A stretch of 63,688 nucleotides of DNA, filler included, from Collodictyon triciliatum (lineage: Eukaryota), in the NCBI GenBank assembly GCA_043381765.1. It is 7 parts of 7 records of this genome, joined end to end, with 100 filler letters (N's around TTAATTAATTAA, not from the genome) between each part and the next. Parts side by side here need not be neighbours in the genome. Positions count along the whole stretch, not along the records: positions 13,888 to 27,665 come from JBHJMP010001921.1; positions 27,766 to 41,543 come from JBHJMP010001922.1; 5 more parts are not named here. The stretch is one strand, 5' to 3'. Made by a program: the position numbers and the translations under genes. Of the stretch, positions 26,480 through 40,171 are shown in pieces (position 1 is the first letter of the stretch; each line of letters begins with the position of its first letter). Under the pieces are notes generated by a model, which was not told the origin of the DNA, searched no databases, and worked only from the letters and a program-made list of their open reading frames with translations.

Positions 26480-26926
26480 CCATATGCTTCATTGTGTGCT
26501 CATCTCCGACCACCGCCAACCCTTTTTTTTCTCTCTATCCCTCTCCCTCTATCCCTCTCTCCCCCTCTTTCTCCATTTTGCCTTCTTCACAAGGGCCTCT
26601 GCGGCGCCCATCACGTCTTGGCACGGGATTTTGGAATAAAACCTCAACCGAGCGGCGTCAGTCCTTGAGCAGTGAACTTTCGGTGCAGAACGACGTGTGC
26701 TGTCGCCCGCTAATCGGTTCTGCCGAGTGACAGGCCGGACACTTCCTATTATGGAAAATGTCAAAGATTAGGCGAAGTGGCTTGACAGGTTCGTGCCCTA
26801 TGTTCGGTTTCGTGTTGGGCGTTTTCGTCCGGAAGCCAAAGAATTTAAGCGGGTTGTGTGTTTAAATTATACAGTCGCGCTTCTCATTCGATCATGCAAA
26901 GCGGCTCGGGTATGGTGTGTGGGTTT

Positions 26927-27408
26927 CTAATGCCTGGATCGAAGCGAGCAGTCCATCTGCATATGGTTGTGTCTGGCAATGAAGCCCACATGATAATCAC
27001 GGCAAACTGTAGCGTGTTGTGCATTGTGTGTTGTACATCGCGTGTTTTTGTTTTTGTTTTTGTTTTATTACATATTGTGTGTTTTGTGTTCTGTGCTTCG
27101 TGAATGCATCGTGAATGAGAATGTGAATGCAGATGTGAATGTAGATGTGAATGAAGGAGTGAATGTGATTTATAATGTTTAATCAGCTTGCTTTATATCT
27201 ATTTCATTCACTTTGCCTTTTTTTTTTTCTTCCTCTATGCTTTTGGGCTTCACTATAGTTCCTCTGGAACGAGATGGATTCAAAAAACGATGCTTTCGAC
27301 AGGCTTCCATCAATCCATGAATGGGCTCCTCCGCAAGTCATGGATTTTGAATCAGCTGGTCGCTCTTCATCAAAGCTGCAGCGCGGCATCCCTAATCCCT
27401 TGATAACT
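26927..27408 (-). CDS. Last two exons of an unknown gene, 5'-truncated by the contig end
   Basis: IKGLGMPRCSFDEERPADSKSMTCGGAHSWIDGSLSKASFFESISFQRNY joins via a phase-1 GT-AG intron to ICRDYHVGFIARHNHMQMDCSLRSRH*. Confidence 0.5.
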
Positions 27409-27564
27409 TTGTGGGTGGCCAGTTTTATCTTAAATAAATAAAAAAAAAAAAAAGAAAAGAAAAGGAAGAAATCAAAAATAATCATCGTAAATATATGTAT
27501 GAGATCCCTTCGCGTTTGGTGCAGCAGATTATTTTTTATTGATATGGTTGCCTTGAATTAATTG

Positions 27565-27665
<101 letters not shown>

Positions 27666-27765
27666 NNNNNNNNNNNNNNNNNNNNNNNNNNNNNNNNNNN
27701 NNNNNNNNNTTAATTAATTAANNNNNNNNNNNNNNNNNNNNNNNNNNNNNNNNNNNNNNNNNNNN
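27666..27765. other. Artificial contig linker
   Basis: N-run + TTAATTAATTAA + N-run. Confidence 0.98.
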
Positions 27766-27862
27766 TTTGGTTTTGGTTTTGGTTTTGGTTTTGGTTTTGG
27801 TTTTGGTTTTGGTTTTGGTTTTGGTTTTGGTTTTGGTTTTGGTTTTGGTTTTGGTTTTGGTT
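27766..27862. repeat. (TTTTGG)n microsatellite at contig start
   Basis: Visible directly; reverse complement of the (AAAACC)n intronic repeat at 9440. Confidence 0.9.
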
Positions 27863-27934
27863 TTTTTGAAGTAGGAGAGAGATTACATTTTCATCTTGTT
27901 AATAGAAACACGTATCACAGCAGCATAAATATTC

Positions 27935-30900
27935 CTAATTTACTTGGCTATCTCTTGCAACCTATATAAAAAAGGGAGAAGGAGAAAGTATTTTGGCCTT
28001 TTTATGTAAAACAATAGAAATGGCGTGGTCTTATTTTATCGTAAAAATGACAACTTGGTAAATGCAACTGATATTAAAGATGTTGGTGTTTTTTTTCTGT
28101 CGTGAAATGGCTAAATATTGCATCATTTGTATATATATATATATATTACCCGGACAACGTTAGATAGCTCTTCTCCCATGTCATTTGTGTTGGCGACTTT
28201 TGTCAATTGCCTGATTAAATCCACCATCGACTGGTATAAAGAAAGCACCGAATAAAAAAATACGAACCCGCCATTCAGAACCAGCAAAAGAACAGTTATC
28301 CATAAGTCCTGTTGAACTATGTATCCAACTAATGCCAGGAAGAAGGAAATAAATATTGTGTATAAGCTCAATATTTCCATCCTGTTTTCAATCTCGTCTT
28401 TATACGGGCTATGCTTGTGCTGCGCCCAAATTGAAACCTAAATAGAAAGGTATTAAGCATCCGAAATTAATATTTTGATGTCTTTTCCTTTCCCTTTCCC
28501 TTTCCCTTTCCCTTTACCTTTTCTTTTATTATTTTATTTATTCATTCCTATATGTTTTCCTGTCCTTTTATCAGTGTTAGACATACTCTTACCTGAATTA
28601 TCATCGCAAGAATTAAAAGTAAAACTGCTATGTTTGTGTACGGAATAACCGTGATAGCAAAAGAAAATGCAAGCCTTCTGCCTGTAATGATGATTTCCCA
28701 GAACGTGTAATTCTAATTATCAAGATATATTTGATTAGTCCCCCTGCACTATCATATTTTGTGAGAGTTTAGCATATTTATTGTGGATGTACCTCTTTGT
28801 AAGGAGAATACAGAAATCCGTATCTGGTTTGGAAAGATGATTCAGAGGAACGTTTGTTCAGTATTGTCCATAGGAATACTGGGAATGATACAACAAAGAA
28901 AAAGAATATTGGAACAGATAATCCAATCATCGAGCGATATTCGTCAGAGCTCGGGCTGCAGCGAATCCAAGGATATTGATTGAGAAAGTAAGCGTCCTCT
29001 CCAACATCGTACAGAGTGCAACTAAATACACTAAATACATCCTTTGCAATCGAGTAGTAGATGTGGTGAAGCAGATATATCGCAACAAATAGAGTCTGTT
29101 TGGTATAGGATGAATTTATGTTATTGTAAACTGTATGTAATACTGATTTAAGATGTATTCATTAATATTTATGAACAAATATTGCAATATTAAAGTGCAC
29201 TGCTGCAAGTATAAATGCAGATGAGTGACAAAGTAAACACACACACAAAATGTTTTGACACATTGCGATAATCAGGTGGTTCGTTCGTACTTTATCCCTA
29301 TTGAAGATTGGTATAATTGCTGCGACGAATCCCGTACAGACTAGAAACAATATCCTGAAGTAGCTCATGCCTAGAAGATATAAAGGACTGTCCGAATTTA
29401 ACAGACAATCAAGGTTTGGTAACTGGATTGAGCCAAACGATGATGTGATGCTCACTGCGTTATCAACTGCACTGGAATACTGAAAGACTGCAGATATGAT
29501 TGATAAAGTTTGCATATGAAACACGATAATCTTCAATTTGCCTGTATAAGGAGAATAAAGCTTACATACTTTGATTACATCTCGCTATGAAAAAGTTATG
29601 AAATATGTCGACAACTTTTGTTTATGTATGAAAATAATGTTAAAAATAAAAAGGTACCTGACGAACTGGATTTTAAAAAATACAAAAAGTAAACGAAAAA
29701 AATAAAGGCCAATGGGAAGAGAATGCCAGTTAAGTAGATACCACTTCTACTACATTTCGAGCAAGAGCGACCTTGCTGGGCATACCCGGTTCGGCATTTT
29801 GAACAAACGCGGCCTTCATATCCATCAGCACAAGCACTTCCGAGAGAGTCAACATAAGTGGTATTCAAAGATATATTTGGGATTGTATGCTGACATGAGT
29901 CGGGTTGAGGACAAGTAATGATTGCGGATACGTTGACTGTGTTTGGAGACGCATAGCAATACTTTAGAGAGACACCGTCCAAACATAGACACGAACTAGG
30001 GCACTCGATGCATTTGCCCTTGAATCCGTAGTAGTTTGGTAGGCATTGGCATAATATTCTGTCGTAATAACTGGGCTCTAAATCAATTTTGCCCATCATT
30101 AAGTCTGATTCTGGTCTGAATGATGGGCAAACTAAAATATCTTCCTTACTTTGTAAATTGAAAGACCCTGTTTCCTTGATAAATTGGGGCAATAAAGAGG
30201 ATGCTCCATGGTTCAGCTTTGTGTTCATCAGTCCCAGATATTGCAATTGAGAAAGTAAATTATATGTTTCAGGTATCGTCCCAGTAATGGGATTTCCAGA
30301 GAGGTCGAATTTGTTCCAGAGTAAAAGTTCAGGAACATATCCAAGCTCAGTAATTTGATTGTAGCGTATGCTTAGTTCTGTGATTTGGGGGACATAATCA
30401 AATATCCATCTGTCGACTATTCCTGTAAGATTGTTATTGTCCAACATAAGAATCTTGTAATTATATGATGAACCGCTGTGAGCAGGAACAATAAATGTAT
30501 GTACTGGACCAGAAAACATATTGTAGCTAAGGTCTATGTAATAAAGATTCTCCATGCCCCAAAATAAAACTGGCATTACTCCCACCAAGTCATTTTTTGA
30601 GAGACTGAGATATTGCAAAGATTTCATATTTGTTATTGCTTTTGGTATAGACGCATTGAGTTTATTGTATGAAAGGTCCAAATACTTTATGTTTGGTATG
30701 TGAATATCAGCAGGAAACTGTCCCTCAATATTGTTGTGACTGACATCTAAGTAATTCAGGTCGGGCAAGTCGAAGGATGGAAAGGTTCCAGAGAAAAAAT
30801 TATTGAATATCTCTATAACTTTGATAACTCGATTATGTTCCCATTTTTTTAAAAATCCTCCCAGCTTATTGCTGTAAACAGAAATTTGCTCCAATTTTTC

Positions 30901-33900
30901 CAAGTGACCAATCTCAGGAAGGCTGCCTAATTGTATATTGGAAGGAGAGTTTTAGCTGTAAAATCAAAATACATAAGCATCGACTGAAAAAAAAACCTGA
31001 TAGATCGTTTTCTGATAAGTTGATTTGCTGCAATGCAGGATTATCCTCAAATTCAGGGACTGTTCCTGTGCAATAATAAATATGTGTAAAGGGTGTGGCA
31101 ACCTCAAGCTTATGTGACAAGCTTTGTAAAAGGGTGTATAGTTCTTTAAAAAAAACTGTTGGCTATATCAGCTTTGAATCGAATAAAGGCTAAAAACCTT
31201 CAAGACTATTCTTAGACAAATCAATATCTTCTAGAAGAGGCGAGTCTTCGAAAATTGGTATCGTTCCTGTGTCAAATTAAATTCATCATTTGTATTTGGC
31301 ATATCAGTGATTTTTAAGCCAAGTTAAACCAATAAATTAAGCTATTTCTGATTAAAATAGCTCACCACTCAGTTGGTTATTATTTAAATGCAGCTTTTGA
31401 AGATTGTAATATGGAAATTTTGGTATATTTCCTAGACCAGTTTTGTTTTGTTTTGTTTTGTTTGAACTATTTTTTCAATTCCTGAAGATGCATACAAAAG
31501 TAGAAGATAACAAGAATGCTTAACACTTCCATATAAAGGAGAGAAAAAGTACCGCTGAATTTGTTTCCTCCAAGGGTTAATATTTGAAGGAGAACGCTGG
31601 GAAATGTTGGCAATGTTCCTAAATAAGAAATTTAGCACACTCTACAAAAAATAATCATAAATTGCTATTACCGCAGAAGTTGTTGTTATGAAGACGTAGA
31701 TGGTCAATATGAAAAAAATGACTATAGGAGGGTATTGTTCCTAAAAATATAAAAGATAGTAAATTTATGTGAGTGGAACATTATATCCTCGGGATGTAAA
31801 TGTAGACAAACAAAATTGAGTATTGAGAGGAAATTGCTTCTTTCCCTTGACAGAAAGGCTTTAATGTAGTGTATAAAAGAAAACCAGATAGTCTATTTCC
31901 GTAAAGCTCCAAGACGGTAATAAGTGGTGTGTTTTCAAACAAAGGCATGCCACCTTTCCGATCCGTAAATTGATTAACGATATTTATGAGATTTTAAGAG
32001 AGAAAGAAAATTATTATTCATTTCAGTTGGTGCAATTATTTCTTTTAACATTAACAAGGTTACGTATGTATATACCAGCAAATCTATTTGACGACAGAGC
32101 CATAACTCTAAGACTCGGTAAACAGCAGAAGTTTGGGATATCCCCTTTGAGGTGAACATGATGGTTCAGTCGCACTGATTTCTTTTTTACACCAAAATTC
32201 ATCATTTCATTTTTCATTCGGAAAAATAGTATGACAAGAAAAAAAAAAAAAGTACCCTCAAGATGATTTCCATATGCAAATATAAGCTGGACAAGCGGAA
32301 AATTTTGGAAATCTGGAATGCTGCCTATCATTTTATCAAGGTTGTAAATGTTAAAAAAAATTACAACAAAACAATTATAAATATGAAAACCACCAAGTAG
32401 ATATATGTCCGGCAAAAGGGTGATTGTGTATAGTTTGAATAATTCGATTCTGGTATAAACTACCCAATAATATCATGGAAAAAAAACCTTCGATAAAGTT
32501 TGTACTAAAATCCAGGGATAGCAGAGTTGGTAGAAAATTGAAAATGGTTAGACTTCCTTGTATATTGTTTGAATCGATAAAAATGTATCTTATGTCAGAG
32601 AATCCATCAAAATCCGGGATAGTGCCTAGGCAGAATGCAATAGAAGTAATGCAAAAATTAATGTTATGCATCCTATGAATTTTTGCAAGAAAGGTAAGAT
32701 TATTAAGTTTTCCTTTATTCGATTCAAGGATTATTAAGTTAAATGTGATAATATGTGCTCGTAAAAGAGTTCATGAAACCTGATATCAAATTGTCAGTCA
32801 ATCTCAAATAGATTAAGCTGTGTAGATTTGAAAAACTTGGTAGGGTTCCTGTGTTATTTTTATTAAAAAAAAAAAAAAAAAAGGAAACTGAGAATGAGGA
32901 TGAGGATGGAATCCTTTATATTGAATAATGGCAAAAAAACGCTAGAGAGGAATATATGATACGTCATAAAAGAGAGAAACCCTCCAACTTATTTTGGTTC
33001 AACCACAGGTCTTCGATGTAGTATGATTGATCGAATTTGGGTATGGTTCCTAATTACGATGAATGGATTAGTGTGGCGCAGATACCATTTTAATACTGCC
33101 TCATTTGCATCAGTTTATGTATGTCAAAAGAGAATATATTTGAGTAAGTAAATCTAATATCACCTGATACTTCACAATTCATAATGTACAAGTATTGAAG
33201 ATAAGGCGTGCCTGAAAAATCTGACAAAGCACCTATTTCCAAAAAAAAATTCTTCAAGGATAAACTATTGTATTGTGGGCCAGAATAATGTAATGAAATT
33301 AAATTAAAACGAAACAAACCTGATACAAATGTGTCTGAGACATAAAAGGTGTTGAGGACGGGCAAATTTTCGAAACCGGGTATTGAATCTTTTGTTTGGC
33401 ATAAATGAAAGTAAATTGATATTACAGTAGCAAGATTAATGATAATGTGACATAAAACAAATACGATACTTGATAGGAATCCCTCTCCTAGATAAAGTTG
33501 CTCCAATTCGATTAGATTGTCAAAGTTTGGTATAGATCCCGTTAAAGGATTTCCATAGAGTGATATTAAACCAATGGATGTGATATTTTGGAAGTTTGGT
33601 ATAGTTCCTTCGATTAAGTTGTATCCAACATCGAGGTAAAGCAAATTTGGTGCGTGGAAGTCTGGTAGCATCCCTGAAATATAGTTTGAACTCAGGTCTA
33701 AATAGTTTAGCATCGAAAAATTTTGCAATGTAAACTCAGCTTCCTCTAAGTTCCCGATTAAATTGTTGGATGGTAGGGATATCCCGGTTACCGGACAATT
33801 GTTGTCCTGATGGGAAAAATTAATGGGGGAAAAAAAACAGGCAAATGTTAGTATGGGTATTTTGGAGGGGATAATCTTGAATGAGGGCTGTTTTTCATTA

Positions 33901-34572
33901 GAACAGACAAAAATACTCAATTTGGACCAATAAAAAAAGTAAGTGTTGCCTTGGTGATTTCTTCGGTGCAAGAAGAATCACAGCTGATTCCTAACCAAGA
34001 ACAGATAGGTATGGAATGATTTCCCCATCCTGATTTATCAATCCACCCATCACCTCTCATTTGGTCATGAAATACCAAAAGAGCATTTAATTCTTTTTCT
34101 GCCTTATTATCCCGCTCAACACTAGTCATAACACCTTTTTTATTGAATTCGGCGGTATATTTTGCAGGCTCTAATAATACATCTATCCATGAATCCTCTG
34201 TGGGATTTCCTATTTGATCCTCATAAGTTTTTCTTGGAGGATAGTTCTCCTTAAAGGCCGCATTAATTTTCTGGTGTTCCTCATTACAGGATTCTTTGTG
34301 TTGACAATCGCGTTGTTCGGCCTTGCAGGAAATATCAAACAAATGAAGCAAAAGGGCGACTGCCTGCTCTTGGTCGAGACCTTGGATCTCACTTCTTTCT
34401 ATCGAGCACAGTTCATGTCCATGGTATTTGTAATTTGATGAGAGAATACACCTGCAAATAAATGTTGGTGGTATTGATTTGTATGTATGAAGAGTGATGG
34501 TGTTAAAGCGTGGGAATGGAATCTTTTGATACGGCAAAGTAAGACAAAAAAAAAAGTAGAGATCCTAAGCAT
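27935..34572 (-). CDS. Large LRR receptor-like protein: LRRNT cap, plant-type LRRs, Cys-rich/EGF-like region, multipass (about 7TM) membrane domain
   Basis: LRRNT LNALLVFHDQMRGDGW..CSWLGISC; repeats LxxLxLSxNxxxGxIP; CQCLPNYYG..CIECPSSC..CADGYEGRVCSKC; TM region KIIVFHMQTLSII, FWEIIITGRRLAF, PYKDEIENRMEILSL; ends VARDSQVN* at 27935. The start at 34572 needs a 1-nt correction in a T homopolymer, so the 5' end is uncertain. Confidence 0.85.
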
Positions 34573-35362
34573 ACGTCAAAGCTCCATGAGGTACTCCGAA
34601 AGTAAATACAGCTACTAATAGGATAACCAATATACAGCCCTGTTTCATTTATTTTTATTTTTTTTTTGGAAATATATGTTGGTGATGCCCGTCTTGAGCT
34701 CCTCTGACTTGATAAAAAAAAAAACGCTGCCATTAGTTTAACATCATTTATTTGTTCTTGCACCCATGGCACAGTTTTACAATAAACCCCTCATATATCT
34801 ACTTGTGAAGGGGCCTCGCCAAGCCTTCAGTATAATCCCACGGGAAGCGCTCCCAGCGGAAGAGGAAAAGGAAAAGGAACTGTATAACATCCTCTGGATA
34901 AGTCATTGAAGTGGCCATAATAAAACATGCACGAAAATGAAGAGTGGTTGCCAATCCAAAAGTACTAACCACAGAGAAGGAATGGGAGATACTTTGGTGG
35001 TTGATGATGTTGCGCACCAGACAGACTCAAGCATAGCAGCACCCTAGCACAAAGTTAGCCAGTGTCGAATATTCATTGCATAAAAAACAAACTTGGAAGT
35101 TCGCAACATACATAAAAGGCAAAAAAGTGCGATTGATTAAACAGCGCATATATTCCAATTATTCTACAATTATGGAATATATGTATTTTGCATATAAAAT
35201 CTCATATCAATACTTAGATTCCTTTCCATAAAATATTAAAATGTCACAATATATGTTTATATACTTCATTAAGAGTAGACATTTCCTATACGTGAAGTTA
35301 CATGTGCTAGCTCTCGATCGCGCAAGAAGTACAACACCCAGGCACCCACAGAGAAGTAGACT

Positions 35363-36376
35363 ATGTCGTCGTACGAGAACGTGATCCGCGCCCCATTGAA
35401 GCTGAAAGGAGGTCTTCCTGACGGGGCTGTGAAAAAGTAAGACTCCGTTCATCGGTTCTCGTGATCTCTTGGTGATCCTCACGAAAACGAGAACCTCTAA
35501 TCGAAAGAATTCGCACCATAGGAAAAAGAAGATGGCTTCTCAAACCGCAGAGAAAGAAAAAGTAAGGATCTCCCAACAGCGTTTGTTTTGTTGGGGTTTT
35601 TTTTTTTTTTTTGCTATTTATTCCTTCTTTTAAGCTCTTTTTTGGTTCATATTCACAACGGCCCGACATTGACTGCTCATTTCACACACTTTATAAACCC
35701 AGAGGGAATGTCACAGACACCTGTTCGACATAAAACGATCACGACTCGAAGTCACTCATTTTTAGACCCGATCTTATCCACTACTTTTCTGTCGCCTTTT
35801 CCCAACGCAGGAGAAAATAGTGGCTGTGCAGCCGATTAACCCAGATCACAAGACTGACTATGAGAGAAAAGTAGAAGAGAAAATGTTTGAACGAGCTTCA
35901 AAAACCATCATCGCCTCAGCCAACCAAACACACAAGCAGCGGATGGAGGTTTGTAGAAGGCGTCAGTTCGATGACAATTTGGGGCTCCCTGCATGATCTG
36001 AATTACAATATGTTTTACGTCTTATTTCAAAGCCTCGTTTTGATTACTTCATGGCTGGATATTTATAAATAGAAAACGCCATGTGCAGCTTATACCCTTG
36101 CTAAAATAATACAGATGCTATATCTTTCGCACAAAACCAACTTATATAAAGTCTTTTGCTCTAGTTTGTATTCCCTTGATCTAACCAACGTGCTCCCAAT
36201 CACATTTTCTCTCACAGAATATGAATAGGCAGCTAGCAAATCTCACAGAGCACTTTGATCTTCCAAAGGTTTTTTCCCTTTGGCTCAATCACCTCATAGT
36301 ATTCGTAATACAGGAACACTGAGTCTGAGTCTGAGTCTAAACCTTTTTAACCATCTACTAGATCGGCCCTGGATAA
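35363..36376 (+). CDS. FAM32A: FAM32A / DUF1754 family small nuclear protein (5 exons)
   Basis: MSSYENVIRAPLKLKGG...KTDYERK...ANQTHKQRME|NMNRQLANLTEHFDLPK|IGPG*, matching the family's conserved termini. Confidence 0.85.
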
Positions 36377-37410
36377 GCCGAGCTCAGTAAATCGCCCCTT
36401 GTGAGCCTTAACCCCCCTTAACAATCGAATGAAATAAAAACGAGAATCTAAAGACGCGTTATTACTGAGAGCGAAAGAACAGCCAAAAAAAAGCTTTGCG
36501 ATTCTATATGCGGAAAATATATATTATCATTAATATTGATCATTATAAAATCTTTTTGTGATAATTATATATCAATTTGTTATATATGGAATATGTTAAT
36601 ATATAATGCATAAAAAGCTGATAAAAGCAACGGTTGCGGTTCTTCGTATCGTATTGTGGTCATCATATGTATCTTGCAGTGACTTCCCCACAGTTTTTTA
36701 AGTAGAAAAAAATCTTAAAGTATATATTTTTACTGAAATTCAAAAGTAAATTATCTTTATGAAGCATGGATGAACTTTATTTCCTTTCTTGTCCAGAGCA
36801 CCGGCAGCATTCAAGCCAGCACACAGCCAACGTCACAACAGCAAAGCCAGGCCAAGAGCTGATCAACTCGCAAAGCGATTGGAGACAACGCCAAGGCCAG
36901 CGAGAGTGTTGGGTGTCGAGTGGAAACGAAGCAGAAGACCAGGCAGACATCCCGTCTCCTCAGATCACCCGACTCGAGCCTTTTATTTGAATCTCTTTGC
37001 TTCATCCCCACTTGTCTCCTTGTTCGACTGACGATCAAGAAAAAGAGATCTTCGCAAAGTGCCTTTATAGTACGGTGGATCTGATACGGTGATTTGTCCG
37101 TTTTGCCTTTTCACTTTTCCTCTTTTTCTTTTTTTCCCCCTTCTTCTCTTTGGCTGCCCCTGCTTTGTGCATATTCATCATCACTATCTTTGACACATAG
37201 TGCCCACCAATACCACTTTCTTTTTTTTTTTTATATTTTTTATTATTATTATTATAAGTTAGTAATCTACTACGAAACTGCAGGTACACACAATCGCCAA
37301 ACTCTTTCTCTTTACTTTTTCTTGTTATTGGCTCAAGTTTAGCCTGAAAACCAGATAAGAAACGAACATAACTCAAGAAAAGCACAGTTACAAGCGCACA
37401 AGAGCTCCAC

Positions 37411-39862
37411 ATGAGCCAGCAGCCGCCAAACAAGAAGCCCAAAAACATCGCTGGCAGGACGCTTTCAGTGGCTGCTCAGTTGGTGGACTGCAGCGATGTT
37501 CAGACAGAGACTGAATCGAGAGCCAACGAAGCTCCCTCGATTCTTGGCGATGCAGAGGACGATCACATCATAGTTGACATCAGCGACGGACGCATCGAAC
37601 AAGAGTCTTTGGACTCTCAGCTAGGGGTAGACGAGACGCATTCTATTCAGGTCAACATCACCAGAGCATACCTTGAGGGAGGATGCTATTCTGTTCTCCT
37701 TTCCTTCTGTCGCTTCTTTCTGTTTTCTTCTTCTCCTTCCTTTAATCGATTCAAGGGATCCGCTACATCTTTCTATGCAATTATTTTCTTGCGGTTTGGG
37801 GTCTTTTAGGGTGTCACTAAAATAATATTTTTTTTTATTGGGGTTTAATATGAATTGATTGGAGGGATTTCATACGTCCTATCATTATGCCTTTTTTTCT
37901 TTTCTAAAGAAAACTCACAGAGACTTGTGAAACGATATTAATACTGGTGCATGCTTTTCCCCCCTCCCTCAACACAGGTCAAATCCCACCTCGACGGAAT
38001 GATCACAACTCAATCAGGTAACAACCTTGATATGAAGTGATACTTTTTTTTTTATTTATTTATTTATCAGAACCGTAAGGGAACATACCAATAGGGAATT
38101 AGTCATGTGTAATCTAAAAGGATGCATCAGGATGATTATGTCTAACTTATAATTCGACCTATTCTCCCACATGGACTAACTGCTACATAAAAAAACAAAA
38201 AAACAAAAAGACATCCAACCGACAAAGGAGTCAAGCCAAGCGAGCCCAACGTCCGCCCAAAAGGCGCTTGGATTCTCCACACCAGCGATACATGCATCAT
38301 CCTTGGAAGCACAGGTAGCAGAGAGCCTGGCAAATCGCCTGGAGCCTCAACCTCAATCCCAACAGTCACAGCAGACACAGAGCCAAATCCAAAGCCAGAG
38401 CCAAACTCAAACATCAGTACAACATTCCTCACTTTCTACATCCATCCCAATACAAGGGATACTCACCGGGCAGACACATACTCAGTCCCAACTTCTAGGC
38501 AACATAAATACCAGCGTAAATCTTGTTGGAGTGATGGGAGGTAACGCCGGCCACGGACACGCGGGAGTCCAGCACACTTTACTGCCAGGAAACATCCCCG
38601 TGAATGTGCCACACAATAGTCTAGTTGCATCAGGGAATATCATGGGAAACAGTGGCCTTATGACAGAAGCAACGGGATATGGGTACATACCATTCCCGGT
38701 TCGGTCTGGATTCCCATTTGCAGAGGTGCGAATCACCCAGCAGCCCCATTACGGCGTGGTCATCTACAAGCAAAACATGACTCCTCCTTTCGCCATCCAT
38801 GTCATCCTCCGCGGGTGTGCTTCGTCCGGGTTTGCACCGTATGCCGTACAAGCAGAGCTTTTTGACGAGAATGACCAGCCTATCAACAACCAATCCATCA
38901 TGCGGGGCGGCTTTGCACCTTGCTCCAACGAGGTTGTTTCCCTCAAGGTTCATCACGCACAGCCAGGTGTTGACGAAGTGGAATACTCTGCTTCCTTCGA
39001 GCGTTTCCGCATTAACCTGTCTGGGCGCGGCAAATACAACTACGTCCGATTCTATGCGTTGAGCAGACTGTCCGGGGTTAACGGGGGCAAAGAATGCATC
39101 GGAGTCTCGGACCGGGTCCGCGTCATTGTTTCCTCCCAAGCCAACCACCAGCGCGACTTTATCTGCAAGCGCGTGTGGGAAAACATGGCTGTCTCCGCCA
39201 CTTCGCTCTCATCCCTGCCCCAGCTCATGCCGCAGTCTTCTCTCAGCATAAAGTCCGGACTGCCCGTGCCCGATGTTGTCCGTCACATCCAAGAGTCTTG
39301 GCGCCAGACGCTTGGCCGAGCGCCGCTGGAAAACGAAATCATGTTTCTGTATAGACACAGCTGCCAAACCTACCCGGCCGGCCGCCGCGACTCTGACTCA
39401 CTTCTGGCATCGTCTGACGAGGTTGTGGGGTTCTCCATCTTCCGTGACGGCCTTTGGCGAATCCTCTATGAGGCCGAGAAGGCACTGCGCCATGACACAC
39501 GGCTTGCTGAGTCCTGGCAGAAAGGATACATCCACGGCTTTCTGTCCCGCTCCGAGGCTGAAAAGCAGGTTGTTATGCAATCGCCCGGGACAATGGCTGT
39601 GCGCTTCTCTGAGACAGACCCTGGCGTTCTCTTGATTGCCGCCAAGGGCACAGGGGCGAATGTCCGTCATTGCCGCATCCCTCGCGACCAAATCGACCGC
39701 GGCCACTTTTTCGATATTCTTTCCCAGCAGCGCGAATGGGTATTTGTGTTGGCAGCAAACGGCACCGCCGTCCAGACGAGTGAGGCATTCGGGCCTTATC
39801 TGCCGAAGGACACGCACTCGCAGCGAAAGGAGGAACAATACGAAAACCTGGTCTTTAAGTGA
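37411..39862 (+). CDS. STAT-like transcription factor (DNA-binding-like domain, linker, SH2, C-terminal Tyr)
   Basis: Two short exons splice into a long final exon from 38211: VRITQQP (start of a STAT-type DNA-binding domain), WQKGYIHGFLSRSEAEK..PGTMAVRFSETDPG (STAT-type SH2 with the pTyr-binding Arg), tail EEQYENLVFK*. Confidence 0.8.
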
Positions 39863-40171
39863 AAATGGCCATGAAAAGGAAAACCGGGTTTACGCATTTT
39901 GTGCGATGAGCTCAGTTGTCTACAATTCCACCATTCGCTTTCTCTATCGCTCTCTCTCCTTTCTCTTTCTCATCTCGAAGGACACATTATAAAGTTAATC
40001 TCTGTCCTCTTTCCTGACTCACCCGACCAATCTTTGGCGGCGAGGCACTGATTGAAGCGATGCAAGATATCGCCTGAATGAGTAGATGTTCTTTCCTTTT
40101 CTTCTTTTCGTCGGTAAAGACTATACACAAAATTTTGTCGAGCTCATTTACATAAAAGCTTGAAAGTATAT

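Noticed and set aside
27766-27862. (TTTTGG)n as a true telomere
   Set aside because: The same hexamer occurs as an internal intronic microsatellite at 9440-9537, and the G-rich strand runs inward from the contig start, opposite to a telomere.
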